A DNA stretch of 64,000 nt from an uncultured Gemmatimonadales bacterium (GCA_963716255.1 OY970303.1:2592001-2656000); one strand, 5' to 3'. Shown: positions 1-8,858, numbered from the stretch's first letter. Made by a program: numbers and translations. The notes: generated by a model not told the origin, from the sequence alone.

Positions 1-9
1 AGCTCCGGC

Positions 10-159
10 CTACACCTGCTCCGGCCGGCTGCGGGGAGACGGAGGCGGGGGAGAGGCTGCCGCCCCCGCCGGCGGCTCCGCCGCTTCCCCCGCCGCGGCG
101 GCCGGCGGACGCGGCCGGCGCACCGCGCAAGGGCCCTCCGCGAGGAGAAAGTAGATCAT
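10..159 (-). CDS. Putative small protein (49 aa, MIYFLLAEGPC..., Pro/Ala-rich tail)
   Basis: ATG at 159 preceded by an SD-like GAGGT; sigma70-like promoter TTGACG-N17-TATCGT at 233-205 on the same strand. Confidence 0.35.
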   Translation of the reverse strand: MIYFLLAEGPCAVRRPRPPAAAAGEAAEPPAGAAASPPPPSPRSRPEQV

Positions 160-204
160 CGAGGGACCTCTTTGCCGGGGCTGCGCTTCCGTCGCCAGGG
201 CGAA

Positions 205-233
205 ACGATAAGACCCTCTCCGCATGGCGTCAA
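205..233 (-). promoter_or_regulatory. sigma70-type promoter (TTGACG-N17-TATCGT)
   Basis: Near-consensus hexamers with 17-nt spacer in an AT-rich patch. Confidence 0.55.
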
Positions 234-256
234 TAATGTTATGAAAAGAGATCGCG

Positions 257-285
257 TTGACAATTCAAACGCGCGGTCGTAAGTT
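257..285 (+). promoter_or_regulatory. sigma70-type promoter (TTGACA-N17-TAAGTT)
   Basis: Perfect -35 and 17-nt spacer. Confidence 0.65.
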
Positions 286-389
286 AGTCGCCGGATGGAT
301 TCAACACGCAGACCGGCCGACACGCGCCCCCTGCCCGAACAATTACGGGCGCGGGGCCTCGTCGCGTTCACCACGCGGGGGAGGGAGAG

Positions 390-482
390 GTGATCGCCAT
401 CCGCGCACGGCTCGCCGCCTGGAGCCGGTGGCTCAGGTCCGGGCAGCGACGTCTCCCCCAGGCAGGGCCACGTAATTCTTGA
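390..482 (+). CDS. Candidate 30-aa peptide (MIAIRARLAAWSRWLRSGQRRLPQAGPRNS)
   Basis: GTG at 390 with GGAGG 5 nt upstream, downstream of the 257-285 promoter; below the ORF-track size cutoff. Confidence 0.3.
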   Translation: MIAIRARLAAWSRWLRSGQRRLPQAGPRNS

Positions 483-507
483 CACACCGTTAGGCGTAAA
501 CTACCTT
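479..507 (+). promoter_or_regulatory. sigma70-type promoter (TTGACA-N17-TACCTT), probable csp promoter
   Basis: Perfect -35 and 17-nt spacer, about 400 nt upstream of the csp start. Confidence 0.6.
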
Positions 508-907
508 GACCCGCCGTCGGCACCGGATCCCATCATCGCCGCCGCCCCGCCCGGCCACGCCGGCCACGGGCGCGCGTCCATCAGGTCCCGCTCTGGTACG
601 TCCTTTCGGAGACACCCGTGTGGCCGTGTGAGGAAGTCGGGGAGAAGGATCGGCCGGGCCGGGCGCTCCGCGGGCGCCGTGGCCAGCCCGCTCGCTCCGG
701 GCTCTTCGCCTGCGTGCACCCGAAACGCTTCCACGAGAACCGGCGAGGCCGGGAAACAACAGCGCCGTGGCCGCCCTGCGGCACAGGCTGAATCTGCGCG
801 GGAACGCCCAGCGTGGGGGGCGCGGCTAGTCCGGATGGCCCACGAGTACCTGTCGGCTGGTGCGGCGCTGCCGAACCCCGATCTAACCACCACACAGGAG
901 TCGTAGT

Positions 908-1126
908 ATGAGGATCAGCGGAACGGTGAAGTGGTTCAACGACGCCAAGGGCTTTGGCTTCATCACGCCGGCCAACGGAGAAAAGGACTGCTTCGTCCAC
1001 TACTCCGCCATCCAGGGGAACGGCTTCAAGTCCCTGGCGGAAGGCGAGGCGGTCGAGTTCGACCTCGTCCAGGGCGAGAAGGGCCCGGCGGCCGAGAACG
1101 TGGCGCGCGTCGGGGCGGCCGGCTGA
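908..1126 (+). CDS. Cold-shock protein (CspA family)
   Basis: [15 protein letters not shown] (RNP1) and FVHYSAI (RNP2); SD AGGAG. Confidence 0.97.
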   Translation: MRISGTVKWFNDAKGFGFITPANGEKDCFVHYSAIQGNGFKSLAEGEAVEFDLVQGEKGPAAENVARVGAAG

Positions 1127-1155
1127 GCCGGTCCAGCCAGCACGACAGCACGAGG

Positions 1156-1190
1156 CGAGGCGCCGGGTCCCCTGCGGGTCCGGCGCCTCG
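1156..1190. terminator. Hairpin between convergent csp and murB
   Basis: CGAGGCGCCGG...CCGGCGCCTCG inverted repeat, no T-tract. Confidence 0.5.
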
Positions 1191-1219
1191 TCGCATGTGC
1201 CACCTGACACCCGGACGCG

Positions 1220-2170
1220 TCAGAACTCCCCGATCATCCCGATCTCGGTGCGCAGCTCGTGCCCCAGCTCGCGCTGCACCGTGGTCTGCGCCAGGTCGAT
1301 CAGCGCGCGCACGTCCGCGGCGGTGGCGCCGCCCAGGTTGACGATGATGTTGGCGTGCTTGTGGAAGATCTGCGCGTTCCCCAGCACGTGCCCCTTGAGC
1401 CCGCACTGGTCGATCAGCCTCCCCGCGCCCACCCCCTCGATCTTCTGGAAGATGGACCCGGCGCTGGGGTACAGCCACAGGTCCGGGTGCCGGTCGTCGC
1501 GCCACTGCAGGTTCTCGCGGATCACGTCGCGGAGCGTCTCGCGCGGCTGCGGCTCCAGGCGGAAGGTGACGTCCAGCACCACGTCGCGCCGGTCGTGCAG
1601 CACGCTGTAGTCGTACCCGAAGCGGAAGTAGTCGCGGTCCACCTCCCGCACCTCGCCCTCCTCGGTGAGGAGCGAAGCGCCCTCCACCACCTCCTCGATG
1701 AACATGGTCCGCTCGCGCTCCGGCGGCGGCGAGAGGAAGTGCAGGTTCTGCCAGATGGCGCCGCCCACCGTGCTGGGGATCCCCACGTAGTGGTGCAGCC
1801 CGCCCAGCCCGCGCGCCACGGTGGCCTGGATGAGGTCGTGGTACACGCGCACCCCGGAGCCGGCGCGGACGCGCGTGTCGTCCAGGAACTCCACCTCCTC
1901 CACCTCGTTCTTGATCACCACCCCGCGGAAGCCGCGGTCCCCCACCAGGATGTTGGCCCCCATCCCCAGCAGGAAGAAGGGAACCTCCAGCTCCCGGACG
2001 ACGCTCACCGCCTCCGCCAGCTCCCGCGGCGTCCTGGCCCGGTACATCAGGTCCGCGGGCCCGCCGATCTTGAAGGTGGTGAAGGGCGCCAGCGGCACGT
2101 CGCGCTCGATGCGGTGGGCGCTCAGGCGGCGGGCGAGCTCGTCGCTCGGGAGCTGGACTGTATCGGGCAT
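1220..2170 (-). CDS. murB: UDP-N-acetylenolpyruvoylglucosamine reductase
   Basis: TTFKIGGPAD, LGMGANILVGD, GIPSTVGGA, PSAGSIF, KHANIIVN motifs; start trimmed to ATG 2170. Confidence 0.93.
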   Translation of the reverse strand: MPDTVQLPSDELARRLSAHRIERDVPLAPFTTFKIGGPADLMYRARTPRELAEAVSVVRELEVPFFLLGMGANILVGDRGFRGVVIKNEVEEVEFLDDTRVRAGSGVRVYHDLIQATVARGLGGLHHYVGIPSTVGGAIWQNLHFLSPPPERERTMFIEEVVEGASLLTEEGEVREVDRDYFRFGYDYSVLHDRRDVVLDVTFRLEPQPRETLRDVIRENLQWRDDRHPDLWLYPSAGSIFQKIEGVGAGRLIDQCGLKGHVLGNAQIFHKHANIIVNLGGATAADVRALIDLAQTTVQRELGHELRTEIGMIGEF

Positions 2171-2190
2171 TCGGCGAATGGGTTCGGTTT

Positions 2191-2221
2191 TGAGACGGCG
2201 GGACGGCCCCACCCGGTTGCA
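2191..2221 (-). promoter_or_regulatory. ECF-type promoter (TGCAACC-N17-CGTCTCA) upstream of murB
   Basis: AAC -35 and CGT -10 pattern typical of ECF sigma factors; similar to the site at 6101-6130. Confidence 0.55.
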
Positions 2222-2266
2222 AGGGTGGTGCCCGACAGGACAGGAACGGCTTGTTACGGCAGGTTC

Positions 2267-2399
2267 GGGCGTGCCCCCGGCTGGCGCCGGGGTCGGGCTT
2301 CGGCTCCGTAAGCCCGCAAACAACGCGGGCTGACGGAGTCGAGCCCCGGCGGAAACAGCCCCGCCGGGTCTCGCCCCTTCGGGCCGGAATCCCTCACGC
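2267..2399 (+). repeat. Structured dispersed repeat A, copy 1
   Basis: GGGCGTGCCCCCGG...ATCCCTCACGC with hairpin loops AAACAAC and AAACAGCC. Confidence 0.92.
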
Positions 2400-2409
2400 G
2401 ACGGCAGGC

Positions 2410-2452
2410 CCCCTCCCCCCGGCCCCCTCCCCCGCAAGGGGGAGAGGGGGAG
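2410..2452 (+). repeat. boxC-like palindromic module B1
   Basis: CCCCTCCCCCCGGCCCCCTCCCCC-GCAAG-GGGGAGAGGGGGAG; also near 16755(-), 18627, 35029, 40214. Confidence 0.8.
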
Positions 2453-2465
2453 CACTGCGGAACAA

Positions 2466-2503
2466 CAAAAAGCGCCCCCGCCAGGAAGTCCTGGTGGGGG
2501 CGC
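2466..2503 (-). terminator. Intrinsic terminator of the ECF/DUF4097 operon
   Basis: GCGCCCCCACCAGG...CCTGGCGGGGGCGC followed by TTTTT on the minus strand. Confidence 0.75.
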
Positions 2504-2512
2504 CGTTCGCAG

Positions 2513-2683
2513 TTTCGTCGTACCCATATCCATCGGCTCGGAGGGAGACCGGCGGCAGTTTGCCGGGCTCACTCCGGCGGAGGGAAACCCGCAGGCAGTT
2601 TGGCGGGGTTCCCGGAGCCCGCGAAGGAGACGGACAGCAGTATCGTCCGGCTCCGGAGCGGACCACACCCAGCCCGGACGAAA
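2513..2683 (-). ncRNA. Candidate structured 3'-UTR RNA with three AAACUG-type hairpins
   Basis: Closing stem TTTCGTC/GACGAAA; three hairpins share the C.U mismatch and loop of repeat A hairpin 2. Confidence 0.5.
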
Positions 2684-3559
2684 TCAGCGGGCTTTTCGCA
2701 GCCGCACGTCCCCGCTGAGCGTGGTGACGTACAGCTCGCGCCCTCCCTGGCCCAGGGTCCCACGGGCGCGCCGGCGCATGGAGCGCCGCTCCACGTCCAG
2801 CGGGAAGTCGGACTCGATGTCGCCGCTCATGGTCTCCACCCGCACCTCGGTGCTGGTACGCGCGGGAAGCTCCAGGGTGATGTCGCCGCTGACGGTGCGG
2901 AAGTCCAGCTCGCCGCTCCACCCGCCGCTCCCCAGCACGGCGACGATCTCGCCGCTGACGGTGGAGGCCTCGCCGAAGCCGGAGGTGGAGATGCGCACGT
3001 CGCCGCTCACGCTGCGCGCGTCCACGTAGCCCCGCATCCCCTCCGCGTCCACGTCGCCCGACACGTTGTGGGCCGCCAGCCGCACCCCGGCCGGAACGCG
3101 CACCGTGAAGTCCACAGACACGTCGTCGTCGTCGCGGGCGCCCGGCCCGCGCCGGTCGCCCTGCTCGCAGCGGCCGCGCCCGCCCTCCGCCTCCCGCTCC
3201 CCGCTCCGGCGCCCGTCGCCGTCGCCCGGCCAGTTCCCCCGCGGGTACACGGCGCACACCGTCACGCCGCCGTCGTGCGGCACCACCTCGATCCGCACCG
3301 ACCCGGGGTCGCCGCGCCGCGCCCTGCGGATGGCGGTCACCTCCACCTCGCTCCCGGACGCCGGGAGGGCGCGGATGGTCCCAAGCACGCCCCGGACTTC
3401 GATGGTCTTACCCGAAGCGATCCTGCCGCTCCAGCGAAAGGGCTGCTCCTGCACCGTGGCGGGGAGCGCCGCGGGCGCGGGGCCCGGGATGGAAGACCCG
3501 GCCGGGGCGGCGGCCAGCGCCCCGGCGGACACGGCGGCGATCAGCAGGTAGCGGTGCAT
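2684..3559 (-). CDS. Secreted DUF4097 family beta-strand repeat protein
   Basis: Signal peptide; repeated (T/S)VSGD(V/I) units. Confidence 0.85.
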   Translation of the reverse strand: MHRYLLIAAVSAGALAAAPAGSSIPGPAPAALPATVQEQPFRWSGRIASGKTIEVRGVLGTIRALPASGSEVEVTAIRRARRGDPGSVRIEVVPHDGGVTVCAVYPRGNWPGDGDGRRSGEREAEGGRGRCEQGDRRGPGARDDDDVSVDFTVRVPAGVRLAAHNVSGDVDAEGMRGYVDARSVSGDVRISTSGFGEASTVSGEIVAVLGSGGWSGELDFRTVSGDITLELPARTSTEVRVETMSGDIESDFPLDVERRSMRRRARGTLGQGGRELYVTTLSGDVRLRKAR

Positions 3560-3592
3560 GGTCGATTTCTCGCTGGAAGGGGGAGACGGGGG

Positions 3593-4591
3593 TCACGGCA
3601 CCTGGGGCGGGCGGGGCGGCCGCGGCGGGGCCTCGCCCCCGCTCCCCGGCCCGATGGTGCCGCGGGCCCGAGGCGCGGCCGCGCGTGCACGCTCCCGCTC
3701 GGCGGCCCGGGCGCGGGCCGCGTTCAGCTGGCTGGCGACCTCGCCGGGGCGGCGCAGCTGCACGTCGCCGGAAAAGGTCTCCATCTCCACCTGTGCGCTC
3801 CCCGAGCCCAGGGTGTAGGCGAAGCGCCGGCCCGGGTCGTCGCCGCGGGAGGGGAGCGGGAAGCTGGCGTCCACGTCGCCGCTCAGCGTGGCGACGGAGA
3901 TGGTGGCGTCCGTCCCCTCGGGCACCGAGACCACCACGTCGCCGCTGTGGGTCACGAACGAGTAGCGGCCGCGCGGCTGGATGGTGCCGTCGTAGTAGAC
4001 GTCGCCGCTCAACGCGCCGACCTCCACGCGGCCGGAGGTGATCCGCTCCAGGTAGGTGTCGCCGCTCACCGTCTCCGTGTACACCTCGCCGGAGGCGCCC
4101 ACGACCCGCACGTCCTCGCTGGTGGAGGCGGCGCGGACCTGCCCCTGCGCGCCCTCCACCAGCACCTCGCCCTGCACCGAGCGGGCGGACACGGTGCCGC
4201 GCCCGCCGCGGATGGTGATGCCGCCCATCACCGACTGCGCGGACACCTCGCCCTGGGCGCCCTGCACGTCGATCTCGGTGTGCATCCCGGATAGGTCCAG
4301 GCTCATGGAGGCGGGGACGGTGATGCGGAAGTCCACGATGTTGGCCGGGCCGTAGCGGGAGCGGGCCCGCACCCGCACGACGGAGCCGGAGCTTTCCACC
4401 TCCACTTCGGTGCGGGAGGAGTGCTCGGCCTCGACGCGGACGGCGTTGCGCTCCCAGGTGCGGACGGTGATGTCCCCGCCCATGTTGCGCACCTCCAGCC
4501 GGGCCCCGGGCTGGACGGTGAAGGTGGTGTCGGTCTGGGGGGCCGCGGCGAGCGCCGCGGCCAGGATCCCCCCTGCGATGGTGGCGAGCAT
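3593..4591 (-). CDS. Secreted DUF4097 family beta-strand repeat protein
   Basis: Signal peptide; repeated TxSGDV units. Confidence 0.85.
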   Translation of the reverse strand: MLATIAGGILAAALAAAPQTDTTFTVQPGARLEVRNMGGDITVRTWERNAVRVEAEHSSRTEVEVESSGSVVRVRARSRYGPANIVDFRITVPASMSLDLSGMHTEIDVQGAQGEVSAQSVMGGITIRGGRGTVSARSVQGEVLVEGAQGQVRAASTSEDVRVVGASGEVYTETVSGDTYLERITSGRVEVGALSGDVYYDGTIQPRGRYSFVTHSGDVVVSVPEGTDATISVATLSGDVDASFPLPSRGDDPGRRFAYTLGSGSAQVEMETFSGDVQLRRPGEVASQLNAARARAAERERARAAAPRARGTIGPGSGGEAPPRPPRPPQVP

Positions 4592-4619
4592 GGGTGCGTG
4601 TCTCGGGTCGAAGAGTGGG

Positions 4620-5507
4620 TCAGGTGATCGCGGTCACGATGTCGCTCGCCTCGCGGAGCAGCTCCAGCTTGCGCTGGCGGGTGCCGGCGAGGTAGGTGTT
4701 CAGCCGCGCGTTCGCGGGATCCGCCGCCAGCGCGCGGCGCGCGTCCTCGATCGCGGCGTCGATGGTGCCCAGGCTCTCCTCCAGCACCTGCACGGTGCGG
4801 GGGTCCAGCCGGTCGCGCCCCTGCTCCAGCACGGCCTGCAGGTCGGCCACCGCGGCATCGTACGCCGGGTCCTCGTAGCCCGCGAAGCGGGCGGAGCCCT
4901 GGGCGCCCGGCCCCGCGGGCGTGCCGCGGCGCGGCAGCGCGCGGCCGGTGCGGGGCGGGGACGCCGCCGCGCCGGAGTCGCCGCGTGCGGGCGGGCTCGG
5001 GGCGAGGCCGCTTTCGCCGCCGGGCGCGGCCGGGCTCCCGCTCCCCTGCGGGTCCGGGGCGGCCGGGGCCCGCTCCACGCCCGCGGGTGCGTCGCGGGTC
5101 ACCTGCACCGCCGCGGCCACGGTGGCCGGGCCGGGAACGCCCTGTGGGCCGCCGCGGAGCACCAGCCACACCGAGCCGGCGGAGGCCAGCGCCAGCACCA
5201 GGCCGGCGGCGAGGAGCTGGGGAACGGAAAAGGAGACCCGGCGCCGGTCCCGCTTCGCGTCGAAGAGGGAGACCACCCGGGCCTCCGGCGGCGCCTGCCG
5301 GATCCTCCGCTCGATCCCCGCCCACAGCTCCGCCTCCGGCTCGCGGTCGCGGAGCGCGGCCGCCCCGCCGACGATGCGGCGCAGGTCCGCCAGCACTTCC
5401 CGGCACCCGGCGCACGAAGCTAGGTGCGCCTCCAGCTCCCGCGCCTCGTCCGCGGCGAGCTCGCCGTCCAGGTATTCCGAGAGTCGATCCGTCCAGCGAT
5501 CACTCAT
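4620..5507 (-). CDS. Zinc-finger (ZAS/zf-HC2) transmembrane anti-sigma factor
   Basis: LSEYLDGEL...HLASCAGC motif, one TM segment, directly downstream of an ECF sigma. Confidence 0.88.
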   Translation of the reverse strand: MSDRWTDRLSEYLDGELAADEARELEAHLASCAGCREVLADLRRIVGGAAALRDREPEAELWAGIERRIRQAPPEARVVSLFDAKRDRRRVSFSVPQLLAAGLVLALASAGSVWLVLRGGPQGVPGPATVAAAVQVTRDAPAGVERAPAAPDPQGSGSPAAPGGESGLAPSPPARGDSGAAASPPRTGRALPRRGTPAGPGAQGSARFAGYEDPAYDAAVADLQAVLEQGRDRLDPRTVQVLEESLGTIDAAIEDARRALAADPANARLNTYLAGTRQRKLELLREASDIVTAIT

Positions 5508-5521
5508 TGGGGTCTCCTCTT

Positions 5522-6070
5522 TCACTTCAGGTGCTCGCGCAGTATCATGCGCGCCCGATGGAGCTGCGACTTCGACGTCCCGACCGAGATCCCGAGCAGT
5601 TCCGCGATCTCCTCGTGGCGGTACCCCTCCACGTCGAACAGCACGAAGATCTGCCGCGCGCCGTCGGGGAGCCGGCCGATCGCCACGTCGAAGTCCATGG
5701 CCAGCTCCGGCGTGCTGGGGCGGGCCGCGGCCGTCGCCATCGCCGCGTCGTCCTCGCGGAACCGGTCCCGCCGCGTCGCCGCCGAGGCCCGGCGGGCGAG
5801 GATCAGGTTGATGGCCAGGCGGTGCAGCCAGGTCCCGAACGCCGCCTCGCCCCGGAAGGTCTTCAGCTTCTCCCAGGCCCGCACGAACACGTCCTGGGTG
5901 GCCTCGTCCGCCTCGTCCGGCCCCATCATCCGCCGGGCGAGCGTGTGGATCCGGGCGGCGTGGGCGCGGTACAGCCTCTCGAAGGCGCCCGCGTCGCCGC
6001 TGGCGGCCAGCAGCGCGTCGACGGCGTCTCCCGAGGGGGTTGCTTGCGGGGGTCTGGTCAGGGTCGTCAC
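5522..6070 (-). CDS. ECF RNA polymerase sigma-70 factor
   Basis: GDAGAFERLY, DEATQDVFVRAW, FGTWLHRLAIN, HEEIAELLGISVGTSKSQLHRAR; GTG start is approximate. Confidence 0.93.
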   Translation of the reverse strand: MTTLTRPPQATPSGDAVDALLAASGDAGAFERLYRAHAARIHTLARRMMGPDEADEATQDVFVRAWEKLKTFRGEAAFGTWLHRLAINLILARRASAATRRDRFREDDAAMATAAARPSTPELAMDFDVAIGRLPDGARQIFVLFDVEGYRHEEIAELLGISVGTSKSQLHRARMILREHLK

Positions 6071-6100
6071 TCCGGGCGGTCCGGGTTCGGGTTCACCCGG

Positions 6101-6130
6101 TTGGACGGGAGGGGGCGGGAAAAGGTTGGA
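6101..6130 (-). promoter_or_regulatory. ECF autoregulatory promoter (TCCAACC-N16-CGTCCAA)
   Basis: AAC/CGT pattern 30 nt upstream of the sigma gene. Confidence 0.65.
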
Positions 6131-6181
6131 ACCCGGGAACCCGGGGTGTAGAATATACGGTCCGCGTCCCGTGAAGGGGCG

Positions 6182-6208
6182 TGTGACCCGGTCGGGGGTC
6201 GGGTCGTC
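6182..6208 (+). promoter_or_regulatory. ECF-type promoter (TGTGACC-N16-CGTC)
   Basis: Same motif and spacing recur at 8107-8133. Confidence 0.6.
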
Positions 6209-6265
6209 AGTCCGTGTGGACCCCGTGTGCGGGTGCCACCGACCCCCCTGTCCGCCGCCAGTGCC

Positions 6266-6922
6266 ATGAACGACCGCATCCACGCTTACCTAGACGGCGA
6301 CCTGCCCCTGGACGACCTTTCTCCCGCGGAGCGCGACGCGCTCGCGGAGATGGAGGACGCGCTGGGCTCGGTGGTCGGCCAGCTGCGCGCCATGCCCGCC
6401 CCGGACCTCCGGGCGGCGGTCATGCGCAGCCTCCCGCCGCTCCCCGCCCGGGAGCCCGCGGCGGAGCCGGCCCTGTGGCGCAGGCTGGCGGACTGGCTGT
6501 GGAATCCGCGCCCGGTGAGCCTCACCTTCCGGCCCGCGTACGCGCTGGCCGGGGCCATGCTCGCGGCGTTCGCGATCGTGCAGGTGCCGCAGCTCGCCGC
6601 GCCCGCGGCGCCGCGCACCGCGCGGGTGGCGCCGCAGGAGCGCGAGCCCGCCACCGTGTACGTGCAGTTCAGGGTGGAGGCGCCCCAGGCTCACGACGTG
6701 GCCATCGCCGGCACCTTCACCGGCTGGAAGCCCGCCGACGTGCTCAAGGAGACGGCGCCCGGCGTGTGGACGGCGCTGATCCCGCTGCGCCCCGGGGTGC
6801 ACGACTACGCCTTCGTGGTGGACGGCAAGGAGTGGATCCCCGACGCCAACGCCACCCAGGTGAGGGACGACTTCGGCGGGACCAACAGCCGGATCTCGAT
6901 CCCCCCGCCCGGCTCCGCATGA
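6266..6922 (+). CDS. Anti-sigma-like membrane protein with C-terminal CBM48/glycogen-binding domain
   Basis: N-terminal RIHAYLDGDL (anti-sigma-like, no Cys), TM helix, VAIAGTFTGW...PGVHDYAFVVDGKEWIPD...DDFGGTNS. Confidence 0.8.
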   Translation: MNDRIHAYLDGDLPLDDLSPAERDALAEMEDALGSVVGQLRAMPAPDLRAAVMRSLPPLPAREPAAEPALWRRLADWLWNPRPVSLTFRPAYALAGAMLAAFAIVQVPQLAAPAAPRTARVAPQEREPATVYVQFRVEAPQAHDVAIAGTFTGWKPADVLKETAPGVWTALIPLRPGVHDYAFVVDGKEWIPDANATQVRDDFGGTNSRISIPPPGSA

Positions 6923-8091
6923 CGTTCCGGTCTCCAAAAGCGGGGAGGAGCTTGCTCCTCCCCGCGCTCTTCTGTTGCCTGGCTCCCACCGCCGCCGCCG
7001 CCCAGTGGATCGCGGACGCCGCGGTGGGGCGCGCCGTTTACGACCCGGTGAACGCGCGGGTGGGGGCGGTCAACGCCTCGCTCGGGCTCCGCTACCGCGG
7101 AACGGGGCTCCGGCTCCACACCTCCGAGCGCTGGCTGTACCTGTCCGGGGGAACCGACCTGGGATCGGCGGGGCTGGGATGGGGCGCCGCCGGCGCCGGG
7201 GGGCGGCTCTCACTGCTCCGCGGCGCCGCCTGGGAGCTGGGGGTGGACGCGGGCGCCGACTTCTACGGCTACACCGCCTCCTCCTACGAGGTGGAGGTGA
7301 ACGGCATCCGGGTCACGGTGGACGAGCAGGGAGACTGGGGAGGCACCGTGGGGGCGTCCCCCACCCTGGAGCTCCGGCGCGGGCCGGTGGGGGTGGAGCT
7401 GAAGTCGGGGGTGGTCACCACCTTCGGCCCGGTCGAGGGGGGGGAATGGCTGGCCGTCACCGCGCTGGACGGGAGCGCCGCCGTCTCGGCCGCGGTCGCA
7501 CCCGGGGTGCAGGTGGGGGCGGTGGGCCGCTACATGCGCTTTCCCGAGGGCGGCTACCCGTACCTGGGCGGCTCCGTGCAGCTCGCCCGGGGGCCGGGCA
7601 CGCTCTGGGCCTTCGCCGGCCGCTGGATGTCGGACTCGCTGGCCTCGCCGCGCGGGGGCTACGGCGCGGGGGCGAGCGTCGCGGTGCGTCGCGGCCTGCA
7701 GGTGATGGGCGGGTGGCAGCAGGAGCCCAGCGACCCGCTGTACCTGAACGCGCCGCGGCGCACCTGGAGCCTGCGGGTGAGCCGCACCCTGGGAAGGACC
7801 GCGCCCGCGCTCCCCGGCCTCGCCCCCCCGGCTCCGGCGGACGGGAGCACGACCATCCGCATCCCCGCGGCCGCCGTGGCGGAGGCGCCCTCGGTGCTGG
7901 GCGACTTCACCGGGTGGCAGCCGGTGCCCATGGTGCGCAACGGCCCGTTCTGGGAGCTCCGCCTCCCCATCCCGCCGGGGATCCACCACTACGCCTTCCG
8001 CACCGCGGCGGGCGAGGTGTTCGTCCCCGACCACCTCCCCTCGGCCGACGACGGGATGGGCGGGAAGTCGGCGGTGCTGGTGGTCCAGTGA
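6919..8091 (+). CDS. Secreted probable beta-barrel protein with C-terminal CBM48 domain
   Basis: ATGA overlap with previous stop; signal peptide; Gly/aromatic beta-strand pattern; VLGDFTGW...PGIHHYAF...DDGMGGKSAVL. Confidence 0.75.
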   Translation: MTFRSPKAGRSLLLPALFCCLAPTAAAAQWIADAAVGRAVYDPVNARVGAVNASLGLRYRGTGLRLHTSERWLYLSGGTDLGSAGLGWGAAGAGGRLSLLRGAAWELGVDAGADFYGYTASSYEVEVNGIRVTVDEQGDWGGTVGASPTLELRRGPVGVELKSGVVTTFGPVEGGEWLAVTALDGSAAVSAAVAPGVQVGAVGRYMRFPEGGYPYLGGSVQLARGPGTLWAFAGRWMSDSLASPRGGYGAGASVAVRRGLQVMGGWQQEPSDPLYLNAPRRTWSLRVSRTLGRTAPALPGLAPPAPADGSTTIRIPAAAVAEAPSVLGDFTGWQPVPMVRNGPFWELRLPIPPGIHHYAFRTAAGEVFVPDHLPSADDGMGGKSAVLVVQ

Positions 8092-8106
8092 CCCGGGGAG
8101 CACGGT

Positions 8107-8133
8107 TGTGACCCCACCGATGGGTCATTCGTC
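8107..8133 (+). promoter_or_regulatory. ECF-type promoter (TGTGACC-N16-CGTC)
   Basis: Same motif as 6182-6208. Confidence 0.6.
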
Positions 8134-8188
8134 TCCTGTGCAGGACCCCGTGTTGGGGCCCATCCCGATCAGTCGAGGAACTGGTACG

Positions 8189-8824
8189 ATGAAGTGGATC
8201 CCGTTCATCGCCGTCCTCCTTCTCCTCGCGCCGCTCTCGCTGGGCGCGCAGGGACAGGGAGACCCGGCGCAGAGGATCGAAGCCGCCAGGCGCCGCGCGG
8301 ACGCCACCGGGATCCCGGTGGCGCTGCTCGACCTGAAGGTGGCCGAGGGCCGCGCCAAGGGCATCCCGGCGGACCGGATCGCGGGCGCTGTGGAGATCCG
8401 GCTGTCGCTGCTGACCCGGGCGCGCGAGGCCATGGCGGCGGCGGGCCGCGGCACCCTCACGGCCGCCGACCTGTCGGCGGGGGCGGACGCCCTCGCGGCG
8501 GGGGTGAGCACGGAGGCGCTGGGCTCGCTGACCCGCAGCGCCCCCGGCGACCGGCGCGCGGTGGCCATCGCGGTGCTGGCGCAGCTCGTCCAGGAGGGCG
8601 ACGGATCGGAGCGCGCCCTGGAGCGCGTCCGGCTGGCGCTCGCCAACCCGGAAACGCTGCGGACGCTCCCCGGCCAGGTGCGGCGCGGGAACGGCGTGCA
8701 GGGCGGGCACCCCGGCAACGCCGACGCGGAGGGGCTGAACAGCAGCGCCCCGCCGGGAGGCGTCGGCGGCGCGGCCCGGCCGGTGAACGGCGACAACAGC
8801 CAGAAGCGCCCCCGCCGCCCGTAG
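8189..8824 (+). CDS. Secreted helical hypothetical protein
   Basis: SD GAGG; signal peptide MKWIPFIAVLLLLAPLSLGA; GC3-rich codons. Confidence 0.75.
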   Translation: MKWIPFIAVLLLLAPLSLGAQGQGDPAQRIEAARRRADATGIPVALLDLKVAEGRAKGIPADRIAGAVEIRLSLLTRAREAMAAAGRGTLTAADLSAGADALAAGVSTEALGSLTRSAPGDRRAVAIAVLAQLVQEGDGSERALERVRLALANPETLRTLPGQVRRGNGVQGGHPGNADAEGLNSSAPPGGVGGAARPVNGDNSQKRPRRP

Positions 8825-8858
8825 GTCCGCGCGCAGCGGCCTTGCATCCGCCGCGCCG

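Noticed and set aside
2513..2683. Interpretation as 6S RNA, tRNA, SRP or RNase P RNA
   Set aside because: A branched three-hairpin fold with none of their signature sequences and no dedicated promoter seen.
6210..6265. Possible remnant of a deleted ECF sigma gene before the CBM48 anti-sigma-like gene
   Set aside because: Only a few bases resemble an RVHR-type coding stretch; too short to support.
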